Below, in pieces: positions 33,900 to 48,149 of a DNA stretch of 64,000 nt. Position 1 is the stretch's first letter. Each line of letters begins with the position of its first letter. Origin of the DNA: Antechinus flavipes (lineage: Eukaryota); NCBI RefSeq assembly GCF_016432865.1, contig NC_067399.1:635066001-635130000 (forward strand). Direction: 5' to 3'. A model generated the notes under the pieces. It was given only the letters and a program-made list of their open reading frames with translations, ran no database searches and was not told where the DNA came from. A program made the translations under genes and the position numbers.

Positions 33900-36800
33900 G
33901 AATTAATTCATCAGACCAAAAATGGACTGGTTGTTTGTGTTTTTAGGGCCCAAACATGTAAGAAACTCTTTCCTGCTGTTGGTTTCCTGCTCCCAGCTAC
34001 TGTTTTATTTTCCATCTCATATACTCTCGTCCCCTAACTCTTGTTATAATTAGCAAAACCATGTCTGAAGGGTCATTAATAAAGGACATAAATATTTGGA
34101 ACTTCAGTTGTGAGAATAGTAATGTCGTGATGGGATATATCAGGGATATCATCTAGGGTTGAGCCATTTTCTAATGGAAAAAGATTGGATCTACTTTTTC
34201 CTTAGCATATCCTATAACTACAGTATTTTCTGGGCTGGCTAGAGTAATGTTATGAGAATAGTGAGGTCATGATGGGATATATCACAGATGGGGTTGAGCC
34301 ATTTTTTAATAAATGGAAAAAATTGAATCTATTTTTCCTTAGTTTATCCTATAGATATCCAGTATTTATTTCATGGGCTACACCAGGCCCTTAGCTTACC
34401 ACCTAGAGTAATGGTATATATTCTCTCTATATTCTAGAGAATGTCAAGCTGCTGTGGCCCAGACTGCTGTTCTAGGAAGCCAATGAGACACAAATAAATG
34501 GTCATGCTCTAGGAGAAACCATGTCTTTTTTACTTTGTGCATAGAGGAATAGATGTATATATAGATTCCATGACCACCTTACTCTGGTGGTAGAATAAAG
34601 TATTATTACTGGAAGGTAGGACTGGATCTGGGATTTCACTGATAGGGAACTCCCAGGTGAGGAAGTTTCCTTTACCAATGTAGGTCAGCATGGTCTCTGT
34701 AAATTTGTCTTAGTGGCCTCCAGATATTAAGAGATCACCTAGGCCCAGGGTCACCCAGCCAGTATGGGTAGGACTTAAACTCCACTGTTCCCTGTTCCAA
34801 GAAAGCGCTCTATCCTGTAAGTTACATTGCCTTTCTGTTACTAGGTCAAGTGATTTTTAGAATATAAGACTAGTGATGAAGTTGTGGAAGATCGCTTTCT
34901 TGGGGGCACCTGAGTCATGGAGGTGAAGCAGAGAATTGGGCAGACTTGTAAGGTGAGCTTGCACCCCTCACTGAGCTTATGGAGCCCCTCTATTCTCTAA
35001 ATAAATCGACAGAGAATTAGAGTTCTTTTGAGAGTGGAAGCTTGAATTTGGGGAGCAGTCCAAAAGGAGGCCACGGTTTAAAAATCAGGGACAAGAAGTC
35101 TACATTTTAGCCATTAGAGGGAGCTGAGATGATACAGATGTCCTCCAGGGAAAGATGCCCATGGGCGAAGGAACTAGAGCCAGATGTCAGTGGGAAGGCT
35201 CCATTCTCAGGGCTGGGATTCACTAAGGTACCAATTTCACAAGATTCCTGCTCCTTTTCTCCAATGTGGGGAAGGTAATTTTTGGCTCCCCCACCCCAGG
35301 AGTTTCATCTCTCACTGTTTCCTAATCATAGCTGAACCCCTAGACCTAGATTTCACTGACTCCTGAGCCAATCTCTGGCATCAGGGCTCCCTTGTGCCCA
35401 AATCCTCATGAATTGTTCCTTTCCCTCAGTGATTACCACTAGGATGGCACGCCCTACACCCCTTTTCCCTTCTGCAGCTTCTGGGCAAATGAATTTTTGT
35501 ATTTGGACCAAGAAAGAGGAAAAGGTGGGAGGCAGAGTTCTGGAACTCCCAATGTAGGAGGGCAGGGAAGGAGCTCACCCTTTCACTTCATCTGTTAGAT
35601 TTCAATGCAGTCCAATAAACATATATTAATAATAATACTAGCCAGTATTTAAGATTTGCAAAGGCTTTTGAAAATTATGTCATTTGATTGTCATGACAAT
35701 CTTTAGGAGGGAGGTATTATTACTATCCCCATTTTACAGATAAAGAAGCTCAGGCACAGGGACTTACTGATTAAAAAGTATTTTTTGAGTATAGAAACAA
35801 CCACTAAAACTCCTGAATAGCCCCTAATGATTTCCCCTAAAATTCCCTTAACTGAGAGGGAGGAAATTGCCTAATAGGGATGATCAGTTCAACATTCTTT
35901 AGAGCTGGAAAGAATTTAAGAGGTCTTTGAGTTCTACCCCTTTATTTTACAAAATCTGAGAAAGACTAAAGGACTTTCAGGGTTACAAAGCTAGCAAGTG
36001 CCTGATGTGAGATTCTGACCCAATTCTCAGTGATAAATTGCCACCTAAATGGCATCCCCACCAAGGGGGACATAGCCTGCGGGGAAGAAAGAAAGTAACC
36101 AGCATGGGATTACACTTTCAGTTTCATTAAAACCCGAGAGATAAGAGATGGAGGGGAGAAGGAGACAAAAGGAAGGGGCCTTCTCTGCCTCAGGATGACT
36201 CAAAATGTCTTGGGCTGCTCCTCCCCACCAGGCCTTCCATCGCCACATCTGTGGACCACAACTCACAATTTTCCAAATTCTTCAGACACAGTGTTCCAAG
36301 GGACATCTGTTTTTACTCTGGCTGCTTTTTAACACTCTGCTATAGGTAACTACAACTCGTTTTCATTTTGGCTCTTCCTACATCTTACAAACAAATAGGA
36401 GAGTGTGGCAGCAGTGGTCTGGGGGCCATTTGTGTTTTTAGTCTCATTGATCTATTTTTAGCCTGTGATTGGTGTTCCAGAGATCTGTGCCCTCCAGTTT
36501 ATCCATTCCAACCTTTCCATGGCAAACTGGGACTCAGGAAGAGAATACTTTGGCCATATATGAAAATATATGTATGAGAATATGATATATGAGAATAATT
36601 AGGCTAATATATGAGTATACGTAGGCTAATATAATGAACCCTTCCTGAGTTATTGATATTTTAATCACTATTCTAGGTTCCCCTTAGGGCAGAGAGACCA
36701 AGTTTCTTGTAGAACCCAATCAGAAATGAAGACAAAGCCATCCCTGAAAAACCTCCTCACAGAATCAGCCCAGGATTCCAGATGTGGGGTTGGGGGCAGG

Positions 36801-37879
36801 AAAGGTAAGAGTAGAACATGTGGGTACACATCTTTACCTTTAGCCACCTCCCTTCTTTTTGGCACACTGAAGAAGGAATGTAGGGACACATCATTCTCAT
36901 GGCAAGTATCCATCAGGAAACACACAGCTGTAACATTCTGGAGCTTCAGAGGCTCACTTGGGTCAGATCCAAATTATGAACAATCCAGACTCATCTTCCG
37001 TAGTTCAAATCTGGCTTCAGATACTTCAGATACCCTTGGAAAATCACTTACCCCTATCTGCTTCAGTTTCCTCATATGTAAAAAAAAAACCTGAGAATTA
37101 AATGAGAAGCCACTCCAGTATTTTTGCTAAGAAAATCTCAAATTGGGTCACAGACAAAAGTGTAAGGAGCATGGAAAATGGATTGAGTAAAAACACATGA
37201 GGTTCTAAATTAATCCATTAGGACAATTCTTGGACATTCTGGTCATCTTCCTTCTGCCCCTCCCATAGCCTTGCATAGCTCCCCTGGTCCTAGGAATCAG
37301 AATTACCCCATGGTTTATATTCCATGAAAAAGTTAAACTTATTCGGGGAAATTCTGAACAAGCATAGAAGACAAACTTTATACTCTCCATTTTAAGTCAA
37401 AATCTGTCAGAGACAATTTATTTAATTTTTTTCAATTAGCTAAGTTTATTTTCTCTTTTCATTCCATCTTCCTCTCTTTGAGAAAAAACAGAAAAACAAA
37501 ATTCTTTCAACAAATATTCAGAGTCAAGAAAAACAAATTCTTATATTGGCCACCTCCATCAGATTTTCTACTTGGAGAGAAGTTCACATTAACAGAGTTC
37601 TCTCAACCAATCAGATTTCTCTTTGACCTAAGTAGTTTTCAATCAACATTTCAGAGTAATTGTGAAACAAACACAAAATTCTTTAGCAAAGTTTGGGGTT
37701 TTGTTTTACTTAAACAGAACAATAGTAACGTTAATGAATAACTTTGGAGAAAATTTCTTCTCTCTTTTAACTATTGCCCTTTGGATGTGAACTGGCAATT
37801 TTCTAAAGAAATCTAAATTATCAATAGCCATGAGAAAAGAAGGTTTTAAATCACTAAAAGTCAATGAATGCAAATTAAA

Positions 37880-38860
37880 ATAATTCTGAGCTTTGGTTTC
37901 TCATTTCTCAGATCTAGAAAAGAATTAGCAAAAGAGGAAAATGACAAGTATTGGAGAGGGTGAGAGATAATGGGCACATTAGGGTCCTCTTGGTGTAGCT
38001 TGAATTTGTTCCAGTCATATTGGAAAGCAATTTGAAACTATGCCTCAAATGTTACTAAACTGTGTATTCCCTTAGATCCAGCAATTCCACTACTTAACTA
38101 AACACCTTCCCAAGAGCTTAAACAAACAAATGAAAGAATAAAGGAATGAATGCATAATTTTTTTTTAAAGAAGAGGAAAAGGACCTAGGGAATACAAAAA
38201 CATTTTAGCAGCTCTTTCTATGGTAGCAAACAATTGGAAACTAATGAAGTGCCTACCATTTGGGGAAAAACTAGAGAAATTATATTATATGGATGTAATA
38301 GGCTATTATTGTGCTGTGATGATGAAAGGGACAGTTTTAGAAAAATTTGGGCAGACTTGCATGAGTTGATGCAGAATGATGTGAGCAGAACCAAGAGAAC
38401 AACTTTACAATAATAACATCATTATAAAAGAAAAACTATTTTGAAAGGCTTAAAAACTCTGATCTACACAATGTTCTATCATAATTACAGAGGAACAATG
38501 ATGAAGTGTGCTGCGTACTTCTTTACAGAGAGGTGATAGAATCAGGGAGCAGAACAAGACATAGACTTTTTTTTTCATTTTTTTATTCTTTCTTTATGCA
38601 TGGGTAATTTTACAGCATTGACAATTGCCAAACCTTTTGTTCCAATTTTTCCCCTCCTTCCCCCCATCCCCTCCCGCCGATGACAGGTTGACCAATACAT
38701 ATTAAGTATGTTAAAGACATAGACTTTTGGAGACATAGCAAGTGTAGAATTTATTTTGTTTGACTATGCATATTTGGTACAAGGATTTTCATTTCCTTTT
38801 TCTTTTTAATGGGGAAAGGAAGTCTTAAGGAGGGAAAATACATTTTTGATAATTAAAAAA
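37880..38860 (+). mobile_element. Old L1 3' region containing a younger antisense L1 insertion (38571-38713)
   Basis: L1 ORF2-end and 3' UTR-like sequence. The inner element is flanked by AAGACATAGACTTTT at 38556-38570 and 38714-38728. Confidence 0.8.
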
Positions 38861-39359
38861 GTAAAGAAAATTAAAATAATTACTCCTCTTTGAATCTGGT
38901 CAAAGCTCAACAAACCTGTCCTAATCAGATTAAACAAAAAGTTTTCCTCCTCATAGTTTGGTTAGCACAAATAAGAATTAACTCGTTTTTTAGGTTTAGA
39001 GAATCAAGATCCTTTTATGGAATTGATGAATTTTTCCATTCAAGGAAGACTGATTAGGTTTTTGATTCAAATAGGACTATGGACTTCAGACTAGGACACT
39101 GTAATATAATTTCTTGATTTAAAAAATACACCGAAGGCCTTATTTCCACATGGTTTCTACACAATCCTCTTTCTATCAGATGTGTATCACCCTCTGGCAA
39201 TGTCTAGAAATGGTGAGGGGTTTAAAGAGTCAAATCTCCTTTGTTCCCTGTTCTCTTCATGACATAGTTCCAGCTTCAGCTGCATGAGCAATAACACCAA
39301 CCTTCTTGCCTCTCCAAGATGCCACTGAAGAAATCCTTTCCCTTTGGAAAACTGATATC

Positions 39360-39920
39360 TGCAACAGGATGATTTCAGAAAGGCCTGGAGAGACTTACAT
39401 GAACTGATGCTGAGTGAAATGAGCAGGAGCAGGAGATCACTATTTACTTCAACAACAATATGATATGATGATCAATTCTAATGGACATGGTTCTCTCCAG
39501 CAATGAGATGAACCAAATCAGTTCCAATAGAGCAGTAATGAACTAAACCAGCTACACCCAGCGAAAGAACTCGGGGAGAGAACTATGAACCACTACATAG
39601 AATTCCCAATCCCTCTATTTTTGTCCGCCTGCATTTTTGATTTCCTTCACAGGCTAATTGTACAATATTTCAAAGTCCGACTCTTTTTATACAGCAAAAT
39701 AACCGTTTGGACATGTATACTTATATTGCATTTAATTTATACTTAAACATATTTAACATATATTGGTCAATCTGGGGGAGGGGGTAGGGGAAAGGAGGGA
39801 AAAAGTTGGAACAAAAGGATTTGCAACTGTCAATGCTGAAAAATTACCTATGCATATATTTGTAAATAAAAAGCTATTAAAAAATAAAAAATAAATAAAG
39901 TTTCCTAGGGAAAAAAAAAG
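39360..39920 (+). mobile_element. L1 3' end with poly(A)
   Basis: caggatgatttcagaaaggcctggagagacttacatgaactgatgctgagtgaaatgagcag through aataaaaagc and an A-tail. Imperfect TSD gaaaactgatatctg / gaaaactggtgtctg. Confidence 0.85.
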
Positions 39921-41608
39921 AAAACTGGTGTCTGGATCAAGAATTTATCTAGAAACTAGAGTCACTGATGAAGCAGCTCTCAAGGCTAGAATTTCTTTCT
40001 TGAGCCAAGTGGACACACACACACACACACAACTTATCTCTGGAGGGAATCTCCTAATGTTTTAGCTACCTGGAATGTTCCTCACCTGAACCCTATAACC
40101 TCTCCTCTCAGATTGAAACTCCCGTTTGCCTCTGCCCCAAAAAGCCACCTCTAACACTGGGAAGAGGGAGGATTGTGTGCAGTTACTCGAGTTTCTTCTG
40201 ACCCAGAATGCAAATTCATTTCACTACATACCAGTGTGCCACCTGAAGAAGTAGTAATTTTGTTTCTGATAGATTTTGGCTTAAAATGGAGAGATTGTCT
40301 TTCACAATTCTTCTTTTCAAAAGTCCCCAAAGTCCCAAATGTTCTTGTCAGCTTTTTATAGGTCACAGAGCAGATCAGCTTTTCCAAGATTTCATCATCT
40401 TTGAAGCCCAACGGGCAAATTAACTTGGAGGTAGCCCCAGTCGTGTGAAATTAAATAGGAGTTTTGCATCCTCTCATTAAGGTACCATTGGGCATATCCC
40501 TACATTCTGTAGGGAGGTTCCTCTCAGACACCTTCAAACAAAGCTTTGTACACTTTAGTCTCATAAATTTAGTTGGAGAATTCACAATGATCAGATAGGG
40601 CACACAGAATGTCATGATAAAGCTGATCAGAGCATAGATGGTGAATCTGGGTCTGGATCAGATGTAAAAAATTCTCCTGCATCAGGAACCCACAGCTGCA
40701 GCTTCAGTGCTGTTGAAAAGGGGTGGAAGATGTTGGATCTAGGAGACAGTGCTTCAAATACATGATATCTTCCCACACTTAGTGCATCAGAATCAGATGC
40801 CATAGCAATCAGGATACAGTCACAGCCTCTGATCTGAATGGACTTAGAACTCCATTCTAAGTTGGACTACAAAGTTCAAAATATTCTCTTAAATACTCTT
40901 TCTCCAATCCCCTACCTCAATTCTATTCTACATACAGTCATTGGCTTATTTTTTTAAAGGGAGGGTAGGGTTAGATCTTCTAAAAGATGTCATTAGGATA
41001 TTGGAATGGAATCTCAGAACAAGTATTGAATCACAAATATGGCCAAAACCATCTCTGAAAGATTTCATCATAGAATGACTTTTCACTATTTAAAGATGGT
41101 GTCAAATGCTGCTCCCAGTGGTGTCCCACCAAGAGACACAGATCTTTCTCAGGAAATACAGACAATGCAATAGCTCCCTTCTTGTAGACTCACCTGAGCT
41201 AATATCATCTTTCTTGTTCTGTGACCAGTACAAATAATCTAAAGGCATCAACTTAATTTATTCTACCAACAGCAATAACTACCTTCCCTCCTCTAAGTCT
41301 TAACAACTGAGTAAGTTGGGTAAGTCACAATTTCTTCTTTTCTCATTTGGATTAAAAGAATCGGATTATATGGCTCTACAATCTCTTCCATTTCCCTGTC
41401 TATGATCCCAGACATCCCCATTAATATCACTACCATTACATCCATCCCTCATCCTAGAACAATGCCATCCTCTTGTGGTAGTCCTTATGCTATCTGCAAC
41501 CTTTAGTGCTGAACTGACCAGCTTTTCTCAGCTTTGCCACAAACACTGGCCATGGTGCTGACTTCTTTTTTGGTTACTGTTAATACTAGAACGTATAATT
41601 ACATGATG

Positions 41609-41846
41609 GGGTCGTTAGGTGGCGTGTGAATAGGGTACCACACCTGGAGTAGAGAAACCTTATTTTCCTGAGTTCAAATCTAACCTCAGACACTAGGTAA
41701 GTGACCCTGGCCACGTCACTTGCCCTCAGTTTTTCCATTTGTAAAATAAGATGGAGAAGGAAATGGTAAATCATTCCAGTATATTTGCTAAGAAAACCCC
41801 ACTTGGGGTTATGAAGACTTGGGCACAACTGAACCACACGACAACA
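41609..41846 (+). mobile_element. Mar1-like SINE (tRNA head, CORE, RTE-type tail). Related copies at about 36920-37200, 49470-49620 (-), 52433-52680 and 62240-62425
   Basis: gagttcaaatc B-box, CORE cctcagttt...tgtaaaat, and tail ggagaaggaaatgg.aa.ca.tccagtat.tttgc.aagaaaacccca. Confidence 0.75.
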
Positions 41847-42099
41847 TAATTATATGTTATTAAATTTAACTACAGAACTGAAGGTTCCATGGAACTTGTG
41901 TCCTCTCCAGTTCTATACAGAAACTTTATTTTCAATGTTCCCATCCACTTCTCAGATAATATTTAGGTTTAAAAGGAATGAAAAGTAGCTCCTCTTTACA
42001 AAAAGTTTTGAACTTGCAGCTAAAAGGATTATCCCAAGAAATGGTTTGGTTTCATTACATTTTACTTAGAATCTCTTAATTTTTCCAAACATTCTGAAC

Positions 42100-44000
42100 T
42101 TAAATACCAAAAAAGAACCTTTTCACATAAACACCTGAAAACCAAAAGAAGATTCTGTATGAAACCATGAATATCTATTTCACATTGCTTGATTTAAAAA
42201 AAAAAGGGGGGGGGAACTTTATAAAAATAATCTTTGTCAATCAAATATGAATCCATACACTGGCTGTGTCCAAAAATAAATAACTCTGCAACTTGTGTCC
42301 ATCACTTCTGTGTCAGGAAATAGTTGACATGTTTCATCATGGGTTCTCTAGTATTCATTGCTTTGAATAAATTTCTTACATATTTCAAAATTGATTTTCC
42401 TTAATCATTTTTTGTATGAATTGTTTTAATGGATCTGCTCAATTTACTCCATGAAAATTCATTCTACTTGGATTCTCTGAAATCACCTCCTTTATCATTG
42501 CAGTAGTGCAATCATATTTCATTTAATTAATAAAACACAATTTTCCCATCTATTTGCTAATTGTCTAAGAGGCAAATTTAAGCTATCCCTTAAATTATAG
42601 TTCTTTTCTTTTTTGTTCCCATTCTTTGAATCCTCACTTCTAGAAATCAATTTTGTTTGTGGTTTCCCTTCCTGATATTGCCCTCCCTTTTAACTGATCC
42701 CCTGTTGAGTTTGATGCATTTCTACATCAAACTGTGTATATTCAACTTTCCTTTGTCCACTTGAGATAAGAATGAGGTTTATTGGATTCCCTCTTCCTCT
42801 CCCTTTGCTCCTTGTTTGTATATTCTTCTCATAAATCTCAATTTAAAAAAGTACCAAGTTGCACCTTTCCCCCCCATACTAGCCTATTCCTCCTTTAGCC
42901 CTCTTTTCACCCTTTTTTAACCCCTCAAAACAGAACCAATACACCCTCAGGATCTCTTTTTCCCTTATATGACTTCCTCAATATGCTTTAAAAGCATTGA
43001 GGTTCAGAGACACTGTTTCTTCTCCCCCCATTAGAATATTTTGACTATATCATAATATAGCTTTGTCCCATTGTTCAAATAAATGTACTTTTCTAGGGTT
43101 CTCTTTACTCTTGGGGATTATATTCTAAAGTTCTTGCTCCAGCTCTGCTCTTTCCATCAGAAATTCTTAAAAGTCCTCTATTCTATTACAGATTCATATT
43201 TTTACCTATAGGAAGATACTCAGATTTTTAGGATGAATTATTCTTGATAGTAAATCTATCTCTTTTGCTAGTTGTAACATTGTATTTCAAGCTTTCCTTT
43301 GGGTTTTTAGAAGTTACCACCTCTTGTATGATCTTGACTGTAGTTTTTTGGTCCTTCAATTGCTATTTTTCTGAATGGATCATAATCTATATTGATATAA
43401 TTTGGTTTTATCTAGTACTTCATAGAAATTCTCCTTCACTTCATCCTTTACAAGTGATGGTGTGTAAATAGTTTTATTTGCTTCCTGGGCTGCCATGGCC
43501 AGAGAATTCATTGTCAATTGAATCCCCTTGTGTGTCATATAAACACATATTTTAATATATATGCATATACATATATACATAAATCTACAGATTTTATATA
43601 TACATCTAAATTTTGCTAAACAACTTTATATCTAATGATTTCTTTATTTTATGAGCTCAAGAAGGCTGCAACCTTATATTAGGTTATTAGATTTTAGTTA
43701 CATATGAGGTCCCCTCATGTTTAAATTCACTCCTCCAAACACAATCATATTTCACTAATGAAAATCATATTGCAGATATACCAATTTCACAATTCACTTT
43801 TCTTCTGAGACTTTACTTGAAAAAACTATAGAGAAACATTTAAAGCCTTGAAATAATCTTTCCAAGATTTTTCACTGAAAGTCCTTCTATATAACCTAGC
43901 AAAAGTGTACATGATTTTCCCCTTACACATTCATCCACTTGGGGACCCTCAGCAGGCTTCTGAGAAGAATATGGAGAATCTCAGTTTTCTTTTGTTTTTT

Positions 44001-44042
<42 letters not shown>

Positions 44043-47000
44043 AGTTCAATAAAAAAGGGTTTGTCAAAGTTCTAAGTAAACAATTATTTCATTGGCAGGA
44101 TAAGAATATGATTTAACGGAAGCTACGATGTGCAGAGAAATCTGGTCAGTCACAGGGTCTCATTTGGCAAGGCTCAGGGATGAGAGATTGGTAGTCCTTT
44201 GGGAGCAGAGACCATGATGCACTGGCTCAAAAACAACAGGTGAAAAGGAATCAAATAAAGACTGAGAATGATAATCAAATTGTCCTGGACCTTTCTTTGG
44301 GAATAGCTTGCCTGAAACCAGGTCTTGCACATTCTTAAGAAAAGATAATATTGACAAGAAGTTGACAAGACCAAGTCAGTGACTTTATTTAAAAAGTTTA
44401 AAAAATATTATTCATTTAACATTCTCATCAAATTCTAACAAACAAAGCATCAAACCAAAATACTGAATAAATCCTTTTTAAAAAATCTTACCTTAAAATA
44501 TAAACCATTTATGTTCTAATTAAACAGGAAACAATTACGTTATTGTGTATGTTTTAACAAAATATAAACAAATTAGAAAATTGAAAAGAACTTTCAGTGA
44601 TTACAAGCTGTTTCCTGCCATAAAAAATCTTTTCTTTTCTTTTTTTTTTAAACACCACCATTCTCCCCAATGATGTTGTCTGACTGTAAATCAGGGAACA
44701 CGGCGATCTCAAAAGAATAAAAATTGTGATACAAAGCAGACAAAGTGATCCAAAGGGTAATGGAAAGACACATGGTGAATATAAGCATGCTGGGGAGCAT
44801 ATTAATCAATGATGACTTGTGCTTGTGAAGTTGTATAAAAGATATCATTGAAGACTTATTCCATATGTATGAGGCTGCTAAGTGTTGTAATGGAATGAAT
44901 GTTAAATTGAGTTCAAATCCTGCCTAATTGTGTGACTGGGGCAAATAATTTCTCAACCTGTTTTCTCATTTCTAAAATGAGGGTAATAATAACACCTTCA
45001 AATGTTATGCAAATGCTAGTTATTATCTTCATTATCATTACTACTATTATTATATCAAGAAAGGAGATAAGCCAGACTTGTAAACTAATGAATAATCCAA
45101 ATGTTATATTAGTATCCATAAAACATTAAACAATTTAGAGGAAGGCCTCCCTCTCGTGCATTAGTAAAATCTGGAAAATCTATTTGAACCACTTTTAATT
45201 TAATATTTTATTTTTCCCCAATCATATATAAAAACTTATAAAATATTCTTTTTTTAAAAAAAGAATACTGAGTTCCAAATTTTTGTCTTTCTTTCTTTTC
45301 CCTCTCATTGTGAAGGCAAGCAATTTTATATTGGTTATACATGTATAGTCATGCAAAACACATTTCCATATTAGTCATGCAGTTAATGAAAACACAGGCT
45401 AAAAAACAACCAACTTGTCAAGAAAAATAACATAAAAAAAGGATGCTTTGATTGACATTCTGACTCCAACGGTTCTTTCTCTGGAGTTGGAAAGCATTTT
45501 TCATCATAAATCTTTGGGAATTATCTTAGATCACTGTATTATTGAGAATAAGTTATTCATAGGTGATCATCATACAACATTGCTAGCACAGTGTACAATG
45601 TTCTCTGGATTCTCCTCATTCTACTTTGCATCAGTTCATGTAAGTCCTGGTTTTTCTAAAAACATCCTGCTTATATTTTTTCTTTTTTTTCTTCTGAAAT
45701 ATTATATTCCAATTCTTGCAGCCTTTAATGTAGAAGCTATTAAATCTTAGCTTATCCTGTCTTCAGGTCCTTGATATTTGATGTTTTTCTTTCTAACTAC
45801 TTGTAATATTTTTTTCCTTGACCTGGAGGTCAGGAATTTGGCTCTAATATTCATTCCTGAGAGGTTTAATTTTGGGATCTCTTTCATGAAGTGATGGGTA
45901 GATGCTTTCAAGTTCTATTTTACCCTCTTTTTCGAGAATATCAGGGCAGTTTTCCTTTATGGTAGCTCTATAATTGTTAAATTATTTCCCTGAGATCTAT
46001 TTCCCAGGTCAGTTGTTTTTCCAATGATATATTTCATATTTTCTTCTTTTTTTTCATTCTTTTGATTTTTGTTTTCTTGTTTCTTGATATCTTGTGGAGT
46101 TATTAATTGAGCAATCAAAAGTTGCCTAATTCTAATTTTTAAGGAATGATTTTCTTCAGTGAGCTTTTATACCTCCTTTTCCATTTGGCTAATTCTACTT
46201 TTTAAGGAGTTGTTTTCTTCAGTGGATTTTTGTATACTTTTTCCCTTTGGCCAATTTTACTTTTTTAAAAAGTTCTTCTCTTCAGTGGATTTTTGTGATT
46301 TATTTACCATTTGTTTTATTCTGTTTTTAAGGTGGGTTTTTTTTTTCAGCAATCTTTGGTGTGCCTCCTCTACCAAGCTGTTGACTCTTTTTTCATGATT
46401 TTCTTGCCTCACTGCCATTTCTTCCTCCAACTCTGTTATTTGATTTTCAAAATCATTTTAGCTCTTCCAGGAATTCTTTTTGAGCCTAAGACCAATTCAT
46501 ACTTTTCCTTGAGGCTTTGTATGTAGCAATTTTGACTTGATTATCTTCTTGAGTTTGTGTCTTGATTTTTCCTGTCCATTATAATTTTCTATGATCAGGT
46601 TCTTTTATTGTTGCTGTTTAGTCATTTTTCTCTTTTTACTATAATAGCTTTTTATTTTCAAAACATATACATAGTTTTCAACATTCACCCTTGTAAAACC
46701 TTGTATTTCAAATTTTTCTCTCTCTCTTACTTTTATCCCTCCCCTAGATATGTTAAACATGTTCAATTCTTCTATAATATTTCCACAATTATCATGCTGC
46801 CCAAGAAAAATCAGATAAAAAAAAATGAGAAAGAAAACAAAAACTAACAATCCAGAAAGTTGATTGTGGAGATCAAATGTAGATCACAATAGTATTTTCG
46901 CTTTTTGATTTTTGTTTGCTTGTTTTTTGCTTTCTCTCTGGCTTGCTCATTTTTCAAGCCTGTTTTTGACTTCTTATGTGCTGTTGAAGTTGGCCTCTGC

Positions 47001-47160
47001 TCCTGGGATAGAGGAGGCCTATTCCAAGATTCAGGGTTTTTTTTCTGCGGCTGTGTTTAAAGCTATTTTTAAGGGTCTGTAAATTTTCAATTCTTCCAAA
47101 GTGGTATGATCTAAGAAGTGCCAGCCTTTTCTCTGCCACCTTAGCTCCATCTCTATGGAA
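42100..47160 (-). mobile_element. Cluster of fragmented antisense L1 pieces, with a small RTE endonuclease remnant at about 43400-43520 and (TG)n at 44002-44038
   Basis: T-rich L1-like antisense sequence, several L1 3' UTR ends, and the minus-strand remnant YTPSLVKDEVKENFYEVL (RTE APE-like). Confidence 0.65.
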
Positions 47161-48149
47161 AATTTATAGAAAGACATGGATGAGATTTAACCAGGATTAG
47201 AAATCAGGGATGAATTTCAATCCTCCCCAATGGACAAAGAGACCATTCTAATGAGATCACAGAACAGATGAAATTTCAAAAATAAAAACAACAATTTAGG
47301 AATTATCTTGGATCATTGTATTGCTGTCCTCTTACCACTCTATGTCCTCTTATTAATATCTGGCATTTATAAAGATTCATTGCCCTGATTTTTAAAAATA
47401 TCTATTTGTGGCTAATATATATGTTATTCTGCTTAGCTTTTAAAAGTATCATTTTAAGAAAAGTTTTTTTTTACATAAATGAATGGAGCATTTTAAGGCA
47501 TTTTCTATTCCAAATGACATTTAAGGATGGTTTTATTTTATTCCATTTTCATAGTGTATATGATATCAATATCCAGGAGGCTATGGAATATTTTTGTTTT
47601 TTTCAATGTCATCTATAAATAGGAATGTAGGAAGGACTTCATTAACTCACAGAGAATTCCTCTTCAACTTGGGTTCTGTCCAGGTTGTCCTTCATTATAG
47701 AGGCAAAGACCTTTGGTGAACATATACCTTCACTTGATATGAATTATAAAATGCTTGTTGACTTTCCAGAAATCTTGAATGATTTTTATATCTGGATGGG
47801 AGATACCTTATTGTAAAATATTTTATTATAATTAACAAACAACAAACACAGTGGGGTGCTATAGTCTCTCAATATTTCAGTCAAATTCCAAATGAAAAAG
47901 ATTTGGTTCATTATAAAAAAAACTTGTGAAAGTCACCCTAGTGTAGTTTGCTATCAATTACTATATAGATGAGTTTGTAAAGATAGATAAGAAGATAAAT
48001 AAATTGGTACCAGTTGATGTTCTGATAAAGTTTTTCAGTTTTTATAAGGTTTGAGGTTTTTTCTTAGCTTTTGGGATCTTCCCTATACTTTGATTCCAGT
48101 TATAAATACTACCTGATCACAGTGAATATTTTTTGGATGTATAAGCATT

